Notes: generated by a model not told the origin, from the sequence alone. 64,000 nt of DNA from Lepidodermella squamata (GCA_047495785.1 JBLDXI010000020.1:1240001-1304000), one strand, 5' to 3'; shown: positions 13,701-27,856, numbered from the stretch's first letter. Translations and numbers: made by a program.

Positions 13701-16700
13701 TTCAACGACCTCTTCCTCGGCAGTTTCATCCTGGGCAGCTTCTTCAGGAGACTTCTCGCCGTTATCATTCGGAACTTCTGCCTCGGAAGCTTCTGGAGCG
13801 GCTTCCGGTAGCTCCTCAGTAGCAGCCGCTTCGAGAGATTCTGTAACGATTTCTTGATCGGCCTCGGCTTGAACTTCCGCTTCCGCCTCAACGGTCTCGT
13901 CAGACTCCACAGGTATAATAGGTTCATCGAAAGACTCGATTACTGACTCCGGTTGAGTTTCCGCGATTTCCTGAGGATCGGCAGCTTCGACTTCGGGGTC
14001 ACAGGGCGCTGTTTCGGCCCCTTCTTGACCTAAATCCTCGGTGTTATCGACCAGCGGCGGGTCGAGAGATGATTCGATAAATTCGTCAGAATCTTGTCGA
14101 AAAGCTGGTTCCGTTTCTTCCACCATTGAATCGGCAGCATCATCTGTAGTAATGAGCTGCACGGCTTCAGTGGGTGTTTCAACCGCGTCTTGACAAATTT
14201 CTGCGTGATTCGCGCCCTCCAGGGGGCCATCAATGTCGTCACAAGCCGTGACGAGATCGGCAGCAAACTGCGGTGAAACCTGCTGCGACGACGCCGAATG
14301 CTGGCCGGATGACGAGAATTCCGACGAGGCCGTCAGTGAGTCAGACATCGCGGTCACGACAGGCGCCGCCTCAATCGAACACTCAACAACAAGCTCATTA
14401 TTAGTAGTAGAAGTAGTAGTAGTAGGCGAAACATCATCATCATGATCAGATTCGACCGGCTAGAACATACACATACACACGCCAAACACATAAAAATGAA
14501 TGAAAAATCATGTAGAGTTGTAACAAAATTCGAGCGCACGCAATAAGAAAAGCGCGCGTTACGCTTCGCGCGCGCAATTTCGCGACCTTTCGCGGCGAAT
14601 GCGCTTTTAAAAGCTGGCGGCGAGCGCGCACAAAGACGACACTACGACGTTTCAGCAGGAATGTGTCGAGAGCGCGCGCGGCAATAATAAGATCTATAAA
14701 ATTTTTCACGCGCGGCAATAAAGCCAACCTGAAGTGTGATGGCGCACTGGCTGGTGGTGCGGTCTTCTGCTGCGGTAGACGACGGGGCCTGCTCGACATA
14801 ACCAGCGTCCTCGTCCTGTTGGCTACTATTCCGCGTCGGCCTCGCGAGGTGGCAAGGCTCCAGCACGATGACACTTTCGGTTAACAACGCAGATGCCGAC
14901 ATATCGTAGTCCTAAAATACCAGCGATTAAATTCGTAGATAGGTCTAAAACTCTCGCAATGTAAAGCTCAAAACCACCGTCCTAGAAATAATTGTTTTGT
15001 AAATGAGTAATAATTAACAGACTGTTGTCTATATACAAGATTTCGCGGGTTAATTAATTCCAGAAAAAATAATGCGATAATTTTTAAGGAGGAGGAGGTG
15101 CTACTGCCGCCGCCGACTGACCGAGCTGTGGCAAATGCAGCCAGCGGTCAGTCAAGCGGGCAAACAAGATTGAGCCGATGATGATGATGATGTGAACAAC
15201 CAACTCGCTGGCTGGCTGAAAATGTAAACACAACCCGGCAGCGCCCCGGAGCAGCCCCTGCCCATCCGCGCAACAACACAGATTAATCAATGGCCGCATC
15301 GCCACAACAGCTGTATTACACGAAACAGGCCCGCGTTTCGCCCGACTCAACAGTAGTAGTAGTAGTAGTTCAAGGTAGTGATACGCCAGTAGTAATTCAG
15401 GCAGGCCCACTGCTGGCATTATGCATTAAAACGCGCGCGCGAATCAGCGCCAGGAACACGTTTCCAAGTCCTTGACTTGATATCACTATACTGCTGCTAT
15501 GTAGTAGTAGGTAATGCTCACAGGTGGCGAGGCGGGCGAAACGAAGCAGGGACATGTCGGTATTTTAAACTCTACACATGGGCAGTAGCAGTAGTAATAT
15601 GCGAGCAAATATTTTCACTACCGGCTCAGGTTTTCACTACAGGCTGCTGATGTGGGAGATAAAATGCAAACTAAGGGTGTAAAAATAGTTAGGCGGCACT
15701 GAAAAACTTCGATACGGGCGCAAAAAAACGACACAGCCGCCAGGCGTCACGTGCATAAATTAATTGCGTCGGTTATTTTTGCTCTAATCAGGAATTCAAT
15801 TTCGCACTGCCATTGATTCTACGAGCAGATAAAACTTTCAGCACTTCTGGTTTACGATTTCCAAAGTTAGGATTTCTCACAAACCGGGTTAAAAAATTCG
15901 GGTAATAAGGGAATACTCAATTAATTCTATTACTACGTGCGCACTATCTGGAGTAATTTTTTGGAAGGTTAAAGAGGCATACCCCTGTGAAAATAGCATA
16001 AAAAAATTGGAATAAAATTCCACCTTAAAAAAACTTAATTACAACCATAAAAAAAATTCCATTTCCCCATGGCAAAATTTTACCATGCGCACCGTATATA
16101 ACATAGCGCTTCTTATTGGCGTAACAAGCTACCTTAATAATCGGGAAAAAACGAAAGGAAATTTAAACGCATATAATTCTGAATTAGAGAAAAATATGTT
16201 AATTTCGACGAAAAATTGCCTACTTGAGCTCGAATATTAATGATCTCAAAAGCTGACTAGAAAAATAATTTTTGATGACTAAAAGCGAGTAGAATTTCGG
16301 TAATAAAAATAACGTGTTCACAATTTGTTTGCATTAGTCTAAAAAAAAATAGCCATGTTAAGGTGGATTCATGGTTGTTACGCCCCAGAAAGCGCAATTT
16401 GTTATATTAATTTCAGGCGATTAATAACAGTGGTTTTTGAGCTTTACAACGCAAGCATGATTCAAGGTGGAAACATGCATAGATATGATGAGGTGATGAC
16501 AAACGGTTGTGAAAAACTCACCGCCTCTTGTAGCTGCTGCTGTTGTTGTTGAGTTTCTGGCACTTCGGTCGCCGTGACGAGTTGTACGACTTCTATTGCG
16601 TGACTAGTATTATTTTCATCCTCCCCTTCGCATTTTTCGCACTCGGCCAATGTTTGTTTTTCGGCTTCAAGTTGTTGTTGTTGTTGTTGTTGTTTTTCCT

Positions 16701-19348
16701 CAACAACAACGCTTTCGTAGTCGGCCGCCGGGTTTTCGCCCGCTGTTTCGCCGTTCTCGACCGGTTTAACCAGAGCTTCATACGAGCCCTCGTCCGCCTC
16801 GTCGAGTTTCGCCTCGCCGCGACTCGCCGAGGTCATGTCAACGTAATCTGACGACTGGCGCCTGACATCTTCAGTCGTCGCTATTAACGCCGGCTCGCCG
16901 TTGAGCCGCGTATTGCTCAACGTGCAGTAATCGTCATCGGCTGTTTCGACCAAAAAATCACTGCCAGCCACCGCCGCAGAGGTAACAACGACTTCGGAGT
17001 CGCGAGACACGCCATTAACATGCCCCGCATTGTCGATGGTCAACCGCTCGTAGTTGCCCTCGTCTTCATTATCGGGCGCCGCCTTAATCGAGACGGGCAT
17101 TAAGCCGTCCTCGTACACATTGCCATCGTCGTCTTTGTCCGCCGCGAGATGGGCGGCGATTGCGTGAGTATTCGCAACGCCGTTTTGCGCGATTTCCTGA
17201 GCCGCTCTCGCGTCCAACACGCTGTACGAGCACTCGTCCTCGTTTTCCGATGCGTCATCCTCCCCATTGCCGTTGTGGGTAAACGCCTGAAAATAAAAAT
17301 TGAAAAATTAACAAAAAATGTTACCTAAATCTGAAAAATTAACTTTATAACAGAATAAATGTAACCCTGGATTAATTCCCATAAAAATCGCCAGAACTGA
17401 TAAACAGGCCTGCGGGTAAAAACGTATTGGAAAGGTATTCGCAAATTGATGACATTCAGGGATTTTGGTCAAACCTAAATAATTTTCAAAAAATAGGTCT
17501 CGAAAATAAATTGTTCATGGAATATTATGAAAAATCTTCCAATTCAAATTCCCGAATAGTGTGACCATTTGAGCGTTCTAATTTTATTTCTAGATCAAAA
17601 TGCATGAATTTCTAAAATGCAAAAAAATAACGATGCGATCAAAAACAGGATACGCAATTTTTAATAAAAATTCCTGAAATCGATAGTTCCAGCTGGTATA
17701 GAAACACAAATTGAATTTCGTTCACGTGAAATTTCATGGAATTTTAGCAAAAATTCTGTATGCCTAATAGGATATTTCAATACAAAAATCCTATTGCGGG
17801 GGAAAATGAAAACAATTATCAACCTCTAAAGAATTGATCGCCAAAAATAAATGCCTTTCTGACATTTAAAATAAATATTTTTGATTAATTATTCGCGTTT
17901 TTCGCTAAAAGCCTAATTACGCACAATTAACGATTACTGACCCAATTTTCGAAAAATGTATAAAAAACACTTCTTCTCGCACGCCACTTGCCTGGTCAGT
18001 CGGAGAGGTGGAAGTTACCCTGAGGAGAACGAGCGGATTCGGCGAATCGTCGCGGCTAAGAAACGACGAGTCCGATGTGGTACTCGTTGTCAGTTCCGAC
18101 GAATCCTCCTCGAGTAGAACGGGCAAATAAGGCACGTTCGAGAGGTTTTCGTCGACAAACTGAACATTCTTCAAGCAATACTGATTAGCAGCGCTTTGCA
18201 AATGCAACTGCGATACGTAAGAAGTATCGTGCTCGGCGCTCATCGCTTTTAAATCGAAACACAATTTTTATACAAGGCCTAGAATAAATTTTTCGCCGAA
18301 AGAAAAATGAAAACAATTGTTCGCAGTAGTATACGAGACGTCGTCGTCGTTAAAGATGGTATCACGCAAAACGCGAGCGCAATACAAATATAGTCAACAA
18401 CAATTAAAAATCGTAGATAAATAATAAATAAATTTAGAACAATAAAAATTTAGTTCAGCTGGGGACTAGCGAGAGGAACGGTGTCGCGGGGTGGCAGCAG
18501 CTGTTTTTGGCTTCTAAACAAACCGCGCGCTCGGTTGGTCAGCCTACCTTAATAACAAAGCCATTACGCTCTCTCGTCAGTTGGATTAATGATAATATTT
18601 CCCTTTCGCCTAATTGAAATGATGGCCGATAGATCGAACGGTCTTATTGAGAGCTTCATTTATAGATCTATTATAAACAACACGGGCCAGTGGGCGGTTG
18701 TGGTGGGCGCGCGGCGAGTGAAGATACATCTTGCCGTTACCACTCTGGCATATGGAGCTGGTTTTCAAGGCAATCGAATCAGCCGGCAGCGCGCGCTTGC
18801 AGTTTGGCATAACCGAATTAAAATAACCGACGAATAATGTATCAATCGCGCGCGAGATGCGCGTGCGCGCTCGTACACAAGAATCGACCGTGCTTGGTTT
18901 AATTAAATAGCAATAAATAGCCGACTGGCGAAAGAAAAGGCGCGTGTTCCGCCTAGTAAACAACCACCTTAATGATTGACCGGCGGCGGCAACTTGTGCG
19001 TGCGAGAAGTTTTTCACGCTGTATAAATATATAACGATTTTTGCATACCTCCTCGTCTTCGAAATCCGGCCTCGTATTACTATTGTTGTTGCTGTTGCCG
19101 CTAGTAAGGTGGGTAGTGCCGTTGGGCGTCGTGATCGACTGGTGATTTTGCGGCTGTGAGCCGTCCAAGGCGAGCGGTTTAAACGACGGAAATTCGTAGA
19201 CAAAAGATCCGCGGTGATTCGAGTCGACTGAGGCGGGTGTCACCAAATCAGAGTCAGCCATTGGCACGGTGGATGAGACGTATTTCGTCATCACGTTATT
19301 CTCCTCGTCGCTCATTTTTCCACTCTCACTGCCAAACTCAGCGGGCAT
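10711..19348 (-). CDS. Large intrinsically disordered acidic protein with alternative first exons and repeated C-terminal putative actin-binding motifs (XIRP/EPLIN-like motif class)
   Basis: Phase-compatible exons at ~19050-19348, ~17970-18243, 16522-~17286, ~14729-14910, 12759-14459 (E-rich), ~12226-12313 plus ~11880-12170, and 10824-11822. Repeats ASLRRQWE, AKNLRKMFE, ARNVRNVFQ, ARSMAQLFG. No folded domain recognised. Confidence 0.7.
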
Positions 19349-21299
19349 TGCTGTCGTCGTCTAAATATAATATATAACACAGGAAAAATTATTCGCATTA
19401 ATAAAACGAGGCCATCGTTATAGTAGGCAGTAAAATAGCAATTATTGATTCTAGGGGGGTTGCATAACGCCGAGTGTGAGGACAACTCGGGGTGTTTGCC
19501 GAGTTAGGGTCACCAGATGGCTGCGAAAATGAGACGACAACGACGACGCCAGTTTTATAATAGGACTTAATATAAATAGCTAGACGTATTATACGCAAAG
19601 CAATTACGACCACTATATAAACTCTTCATGTTGTTCTTCTATTACCTATACATACATATTACAACAAGCAGGGAAATAAATACTAAACAAAAGAACACGC
19701 AAATCGCGCCCTTACCTGGGTCTCCTCAATTGCGTGTTGTTCCATTATTTTTGGCAGGCGAAATTGCTCTAATTACAAGTGGCACAAAATTCCGTTCTTG
19801 CTGAACAGAGATAATAGAAACTCGTTAGCACCTCTTGCAATGTAAAATAACAATTATTATTATTATTATTATTTATATAACAATCTAAACATTGTGGAAT
19901 GAGAAAAAAATTGACATTATTTTCAATTATTACACTGACAACTTCAAACACGTATGGAACGCACTCGAGAATCAAACAAAAGTGTAATAAAAGAGCTGAA
20001 TAATAAAATTTTCAAAAGCACCCGGCAGCCATATTAAAACTGCTGTTGCGTATTTCCAAAAGACTAAACAGCTCGTGGTATGAATCTTATTATTTACACG
20101 ATGATTAAGGCGGCTGCAGATTTGGCCTTGGCACTCCCTAAAAGGGTCGTCGATACTGTGATTAGCTTCAATAATGAACTCGGCGTTACAAACACAGACG
20201 GCGGTGGCGGCATACCTTTGCCTGGGGGCGCTATATCTATACTATTTGGGGGCGGGGGCGAGCCCGGCACACGCTCAAATGTACATACAAACACATACAT
20301 ATATGGGCTCACCAAATTCTGCTGCGCCAGTGAACAAATGTGAGCATGAACGAAATCCTAAGCGAGAGGCAGTTAATCAAGCAGCAATTTATGGATTGAC
20401 ATTGGCGCTTTAGCGACGCCGGCCGCTCTCCGTCGCCAAATCAACAAGTTTTCGGCCAAATTTTAACTAAATTTTCATACATCGAGACGAGACATTCGAT
20501 GGATACTTATATCATCATTATTGTTATTATTATCGCCGACGAGAAAATAACACAACAACAACGTGCAAGTAAGCAGCGGCAATCACTGGAAAACGAGCTG
20601 GATAATATTCGCCAGAGATATCAACAACAAAAAAATATGTTGTAACATTGGCTACGCAGCAAAAAGAGCGTCCCGTCAGTTGATTATGTATTAATGAATA
20701 TAGATTTTTTAGTCAGTAAAATTTCTGCCACTCCGTGCAGTCACTTCAATTTCCCTAGGCAAACAATGACTAGCGACAGATAGCCGGGCTTCGAAATAAC
20801 GATTGCACAGATGGATGTAGACGACGATGCAATGAATATATCGAAAAAAGTGCAATTCGCAACATGGCAGATGAGCACGTACAAAACATATGTGAGTTTG
20901 TGGTATCTTTGCTTTCCAAAAAGAGGATTATTTATTAAACGGTAGGCAGCGTAATCCTGACATGTAAAACGCATTGAGAATTAGCAGCTCATACCCTCGT
21001 TAAAACAAGACGCAATGCTGACATTGTTAGGAAAAAATATGACCATTTGTCAATTGTTTTAAAGACCTAAAAGGCCTAAAGCTTGCTTTTAGCAAATTTT
21101 ATGGCAATTTCTAAACTTTTCACTGTTTTCCAACTTGTTGTAAAATAAAAGGAAATTCATCAATAAACTGCACGCTATAGGTAAGTATGTCGCATTATCC
21201 GAAGTCGGCAGTAAATATAAAATTACAAAAGCCTGAATATGAATTATTCCAAGTCAGCCCATCACATCGGTTTTGACCAGCTGATAGTAGCAATTGAAT

Positions 21300-21650
21300 G
21301 GCGGTGATCCATAATTATGGCCAGAATGATAAAGCGCTTCTTAAAACGTAAAACGTAAGGGAAAACTTCCTTACATGGCGCAAACTAGACGATTCTTAAA
21401 ACTCAGAATTGATGTCAGCGACTGAAGCTGGCACGATTGAAAGATACAAATATAGAATTGCATCTTACGTCTCCTATCAATGATTTATCAAGTTGGTGGG
21501 TGTTCTCACATTGACTTCGAGGTTGAATAGAAATGACGAAAACCAACCACGAACTCTAGAAGACGCTAGAAAATAGGAATACTAGATGGCATTTTAAGCG
21601 GCGGGCCAATGAGAAGCAAGCTAAATAGCCGATTGGAAACTGGGCTGTAA
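21300..21650 (+). mobile_element. Possible degenerate GIY-YIG endonuclease remnant of a Penelope-like retroelement
   Basis: 21372 translates to YMAQTRRFLKLRI (compare YIGQTxRxLxxRI), followed by fragments 'SHIDFE' and 'KLNSRLE' with stops and frameshifts. Confidence 0.35.
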
Positions 21651-24600
21651 AGCTCAAAGATTGAGGATCGAGTTAATTAAGCTGTCACAATAACAGAGAA
21701 CATGGAGAACTGAATTCAGACCTCGCAATCCCTCTCACGTTTTACGTCGACAAGGAAAGGCGAAAAGTGTACACTAACGAGTCCAAATTGTATTGCTAGC
21801 TCGAAAACGAGACCAACGAGGGAAAGTGGACCAAACCGGGAAAAGTGTTCTACTACGAAATGAGCTATAGCAAGATCCGAATGTATTCCGAATCGATACA
21901 TTGCGCATTGGCTGTTGATAGGAGTTACTTTTAAGAAGAGTGAGTAAAGAGTAAAGAATACAGGGAACTTGGAATCGCCACCGATTTTGGAGCCAATGGG
22001 CAGTAGGCGAAGTCGTGAAACTCGAGATCTTTCGTCTTTCGAAGCAGTAAGTTGAAGGAGGTAGGAGGTAGGATAGCAAGAGATTAAATTGGAAAACTGA
22101 CAAGATTAAACCGGCATATCATACATCCGAACGTGTAGGATGGTTGATGTTGTTTTGTTTTTCGACCCTTGCTCATCGCTTAACGCTTCTTAGATCGACA
22201 AAGCTTTAATATTTTAAATTTGGCGCTAACTACTCGGGAAGGGGGACTTCAAGGTCAAATCAAAATTAAGCAAAAATAAATAATAACAAAAACCTTCCTA
22301 CTGAATTTAATAATTGAAACCCTTAAAGACTCCAACATTTTGCAGCTAGCTTTGGGAAATTTTAAAATTTTAGATTTTTAGATTCGAGCTTTGAGCTTCG
22401 AGCCCCTAGTTACGGGTGCCAGGCCAGCTTTATCTTACTATAGACCGTACTAAAGAAAACTCCAGCGCAATGAAAACTGAAAACGAGTTAACCAGCAATG
22501 CGAATTTGAAAACATCTATAATCCATAACTGGTTGAAAAATTACTGTTGGACACAACAGACTCAAACGAAGTTGAAAACCGGATCATGGGACAAACTGTG
22601 CGATTTATCCTCGTCATAGATACCTCATAGAATAATTTAACTGTTATTGCTGCATTCTACTTGCTGGCGATATCAAGTTGTCCAGTGTAATACAATAGTT
22701 TTGCGCTGGAAGTTAAGCTGCTATTCGAATAGATGCAGTCATAGTTTTGATATGAGAAATTTGAACTAAAATTGACGAGAGTATCGCATAAATACCACGC
22801 GATAAAGAAACAAAATATCGTTTTAAAACGAGCAGTACGAAGTCTAGTTTAAATGGGACAATAACTAGCTGGTCAAATTTTAGAGTGCGTATGTGTTTAA
22901 TATAACAATAAAACTATTTATGATGAATTTATGATGCGAAGAAGAAATTCAGGCAGTTGTAATCAGCGGAATCCAAGGTGTTGGTCGTATCGATCTAGCT
23001 GTGCGACAAAATCAGTTTACCTCGCTTTTACCAAAAAACACTCTCAAGGCAACACGATAATTCTGAAGTATTAATGTGCCGCTGAATGGCCCGAGGTTGA
23101 AGTTGAATGAGCGCGAAGCATTCGATGTGCGCGCGTAGACGAGAGCAGTAAAGATTCTCATAAACAATAAACAACAACAAACAACAAATTCACAGTAGAA
23201 AAACGGAAGCTGAGGTTTGGCAGGAAATATTGTAAAATGACTACAGGAATAATTGCTGAGAAATGAAAAGAAAATATGTTAGTGAGCACTCGATGCGCTC
23301 AGTTCAACGAGCAAGATTTTATAACTCGGCGCTTTTTGTCCGCCAAAAACTAAAATAGATATTTCAGAATGAGTTCGAGATTATTGTCTTGCAGTGCTAC
23401 ATATTGACAAAAATAATAACTAGTATGAGCAGAGAAATTGCAAGAATACATTAAATATCGAATGTATTTTAGACATTTGCTGTCCTACTGTAATATGCTG
23501 GCCTCAGAGGGCCATGATTGCGGTCGGGAAGCCTGTTTTTTACCCTGTAATTCGAGAATTAGCGCTAAAATATTCCAGTAATCTAACAGCGTGTCAAATC
23601 TCCTATAAGCAAAAAAGCGCTGGTTCTAGTATTCTCGCGAATAGGATACTTCGGAAAAAATAATTGATAGGCAAGAAAATTGATAACCCTCATCAAGTTT
23701 GGGTGTATGTATAATTTATATTAATTCAGTTATAGTGTATAATATAATGTGGTGGTATATTTAGTGTACTAAAAGCTTCGAGAGAGCATCATTATTACTG
23801 GCGCGACTTGGATGTTTTGTGAGAACGAGACGCGCTAAAAAGCGTCGAGAAACGCACGCGCGCGCAGTGTCTGTTGTAAGAGCCTTTTCTGATGATATTA
23901 TACATTAAAAATTCTTGTTAAAGAAACGGACACGGCATCTCGGCATACGCCGCACACGTCGTGTGGTGGGTTTTTGCATTATATTTATATTATACCAGTT
24001 GGTAGGATTGATGGAGCGATAATATGATGTTGTTAAGAAGATGATGATGACGGCGACAAGAATAGCAAATGACATGTGCTCAGATACATGCGAGCGACGC
24101 GAGACTTGCTTGCTTATTAATACCTATGGATATATCGTGTATTTTGTTCCTTTTTGGTTTATTAGCGACGCGCTTATGTTGGATTTTGGTGGTTGCGGTA
24201 GAGCTTGATGGTGTACAAAAGCGCGCCGGATAGGCGCTCTCGCTTTCTTCTGGCATCATCAACTCGTGTAAAATGGAGTGTAAACTACCTGTGGCCAGCA
24301 GGTAGGTTGGTAGGCAATCATAGGTGCCTACTATGATACGAGCACACCTAAACGGCATCAAACGGTGTGCGCACTCTACGGGGGCGGAGCAGCGTGCAAA
24401 TTGCGACGAGGCGCCATAGAGGAAAGAAGACGCGCACACACACAGGTATAGTAGTTGTGCGGTGGTGGTGGTGGGCAAATCAAACGCTTGGCGCACATTT
24501 TTCAGCCATTAATGCAAACAATATGGCATCTTCACTTGCAATGATGACTTTGTACAGTATCATCGGCCGGCATGTTCAAAACGGCTCTACCTACACTTAC

Positions 24601-25795
24601 GTATACCTGTTGCCACGTGCGAAAAGGTGTGTTTTATTGTTTTGATTATCGTCATCATTAATAAAAGCAAGTTGTTAAACGCTCCTCATTGGTAATAAAT
24701 ACCGCATGATATAAAGTTTTGTTGAAACAATATTGTTGTTATTATATAACATAACAAATCCTCCTCTCGTGAATAAACAGCGCATGCGCTGGCTGATATC
24801 TCTCTGAAAAGGTAAACGTCGTAAATCAATAGGTATAGGTAATGTTATTGTTATATAGGGTTTATACACGAGGCGCAGGTCCTGGGCGTGTGCGTGGGTG
24901 GTCTGGCCAATAAGGCACGGGATTCCCAGATGATATGCGAAAAACGGTTTCTACAAAACTGCATGGGGTTCGGAGCTCTGTTCTTACGACATAAAATTGA
25001 TGCCAGATACATTGCGGCTAATTGGCCGGAAACATGATTTCCAAGGCTATCGGATGAGATCAAAGAAACACCTGTATTAGGACTCAGTTCTATCGATCCA
25101 TGTAAAAGACAAACTATAGTAAAAGATGAAGTCGGGGCCTTACGTTTTCAAATTGAAAATGGAGATTGCCGTAGTTCGAATATTTTACCTGAGAAAGTGA
25201 AAAAACACTTCGACTGAGACTAAAAATTCCCGTTTCGAAGATCCAATTAGCTCGATTAGCTTTCTTGCCTTCTACCCAGCGAATTTTAAGCTGGCGAAGG
25301 AAGCAAGAGTTTTCCACCTTAATCTGGATGATTTAAATAAAGAATTATCGATTTCACTTCCTATCATGGAAAACCCACTCAGATATCGATAGGCGAAGCT
25401 GAAGTCAGATCATTGGGATTCATCACCGAAGTCCGCTCAATAAATTTCTCAATAATGTTTTTCGTTATCAGTTACTGGAGCCGCTTCGCTCCCACCACTT
25501 TTCTTTTATCGAGAGCATTTTCCCAAGAATTTGTCTTCGATTTAATATTCGGTGTACATCCATCGGCTTTGAAGTTGTGGTAGTAGTAGTTCCCTCTAAT
25601 TTTCTCTTTCTCAATGGCAAAATATCGCATTGCATCAAATGGTTTTATTGAGTCAGGCTTCTTTGGGCTCATCGGTTTTTATTTTTGGGGACGACAGGGA
25701 GCAAAAATGCTGAACTTTCCTGTAAATTGGGAATTCAAAAGATAAGAAATTCTCAAGCCGCTACTCAAATTTGAATCCTCAGCAGCAATAAGTTA

Positions 25796-26427
25796 TCACT
25801 TGAATTCGTAATAATATTGAAAGGCATCAGTATAGCCATGATGCTTCAGAAGGCCAGCCTTTGGTACTACACCAGTGCGTTGAAATCCAAGTTTTTCCCA
25901 CACAGCAATTGAAGCTGGATTGGTTGCATACACCAGATTGAAAAATGAGGCTTTATACCCTTGATAAAAACTAAGCTTAAATTTTTCTATCAGGGCAAAA
26001 GATCCATTATACCTAGTTTCTTTCCAAGAATAATAAATAGTTTGGCCAATATTGTTGCCGCGCCTTTACAGCGAAATTCAGGAACGGTCAAGAAACCTCC
26101 GTTGCAAATATGAGAACTCCGGCCGGGAAAATTCGGCTTGATATAAACAGAACCAATCACCCGGAACGGCTCCCTCGCCTCTTTAATGACGAAAGCATCA
26201 TGTGATAGATACGCCGCTCGAAATTGCTCCTCGTTCATCTGGGACTCGTATGGATACGTGTCTCCCTCCTCGATGACATCGTTCAGCAATTTGTGAATAA
26301 CAGCTACATCATTAGGTTCGCACAGCCTGTCAACAACTACTTGAGTGCCATCTTTAAGCGTGTCGTGATGAGGCAGGACGTCTGACAGATCGGCCTTGAT
26401 TTTAGGTCCCTCGATGGTGTATGCCAT
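25796..26427 (-). CDS. GNAT N-acetyltransferase, Mpr1 (L-azetidine-2-carboxylate acetyltransferase)/Spt10-like; exons 26013-26427 and 25796-25959
   Basis: 'IEEGDTYP', 'YIKPNFPGRSSHICNGGF', 'RCKGAA', and after a 53-bp intron 'GYKASFFNLVYATNPAS..VWEKLGF..G.VPKAG.LK..GYTDA'. Confidence 0.88.
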
Positions 26428-26833
26428 TCTGCAATGTCCAGTTCAACTCCCTCAAATTGTAATGGTCCTATTATTTAATTTACATTATTATTATGCGGCG
26501 AAAATGACAGAGGAGAGATAAAGTTCGATAGAGATAACACTGGCCCAGGGATATTATAAGATTATGACAGCTTCTTGAAGTTACGCTCTACTACAAGTAC
26601 ATCGATCACAAACACGACTGCACAGATGAGATTAGTAGAGATAAAAAATCATCTGATCTGATGTTGGGATAAACAAAAAGTGCATTTGTATATGATTTCG
26701 GACTTTCAAGTGGTCATTCCACCGCGAGTTCGTGCCTCATGCATGCGGAAATTCACTAAACTCCCATCTTCACTCAACCAAACAAAACATCCCTGTTGCA
26801 TTTGCTAGGCTTTTAGTTTTATATCAAATAGCC

Positions 26834-27097
26834 ATGCTACACAATTATTTGTGGTTCATTGCATCTATTATGCTCTGGATCTCCGCTGCTACCGATGCAT
26901 ATTCATCGCGTAATTACCAACCAAGCTCGAACAATGTCCAAAGCGGTTACATCCCGCCTTGGTGGCGGACCAAAAAGTCGTCCGATGATAATCAAGGTGA
27001 GTCGGCGTTCTCACAACGTTTTCGCTTATCGAAACCAGCCGAAGCCTTACGACGGCCAATTTCCTTTGGTCAATCAAGAGGCGTGATGTACGGATGA
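26834..27097 (+). CDS. Secreted prepropeptide 1 (87 aa); predicted PISFGQSRGVMY-amide
   Basis: Signal peptide MLHNYLWFIASIMLWISAATDA, KK and RR sites, terminal Gly then TGA. Confidence 0.85.
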   Translation: MLHNYLWFIASIMLWISAATDAYSSRNYQPSSNNVQSGYIPPWWRTKKSSDDNQGESAFSQRFRLSKPAEALRRPISFGQSRGVMYG

Positions 27098-27856
27098 TGA
27101 TGATGAAGTTGGGACATCAAACGTGACCATTCCATCTGTCTCCTATGATCTTCAGCATCTTCAAATTTTGTTATCGCCACAAGTTCGAACTCAAAAGCCA
27201 CTTAAAATTCTCGAACTGTTCGATAAATTTTACTTAAATTTATAAAGTGTGAAATTATTGTTTGATGTTGTGATCGCCTTCCAGCCAATAATACGAGACG
27301 CACCCAGAGAAAAGTACTAAATTATTTTACCAAATAAAAAATGGTTCCGCGTAAGTGATCACGCACTGTTGCTTCTTTTCAGAAAAACCAAAAATTCAAT
27401 TTGGGAAGTGTGAAATTGATTAGGAATCAACTGGTTCAACGTCCTCGAAATATGATGGCTGAAGAGCAGCTATTTAATTCACATTATTTTGTTTTACGGC
27501 GAAAATGGCAGATGAGAGATGATTGAGTTCGATTGAGATAGCAGAGATAACGCTCGCTCGCCCACGGTTAAGATTATGACAACTTCTTGAAGTTACGCTC
27601 TTCTACAAGCGCATCAATCACAAAGATGACTGGGCAGATTAGATTAGTAGAGATTAAAAAAATCATGTGATCTGGTGTTGGGGTAAACAAGAAGTGCATT
27701 TGTATGAGCCCGGACACTTTAAGTGGCGATTCCACCGTGTTAGTGCCTCATATTATACGCATGCGAAAATTCATAAAACTACGTGGTCCTATCTTCACTC
27801 AACCGAATAAAACTCCCGTGTTGCCTTTGCTAGGCGCTTAGTTTTAGCAAATAGTC

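Noticed and set aside
20080-20413. Pro-rich ORF 20094-20315 as a further exon of the acidic protein
   Set aside because: No convincing flanking splice sites or ATG context.
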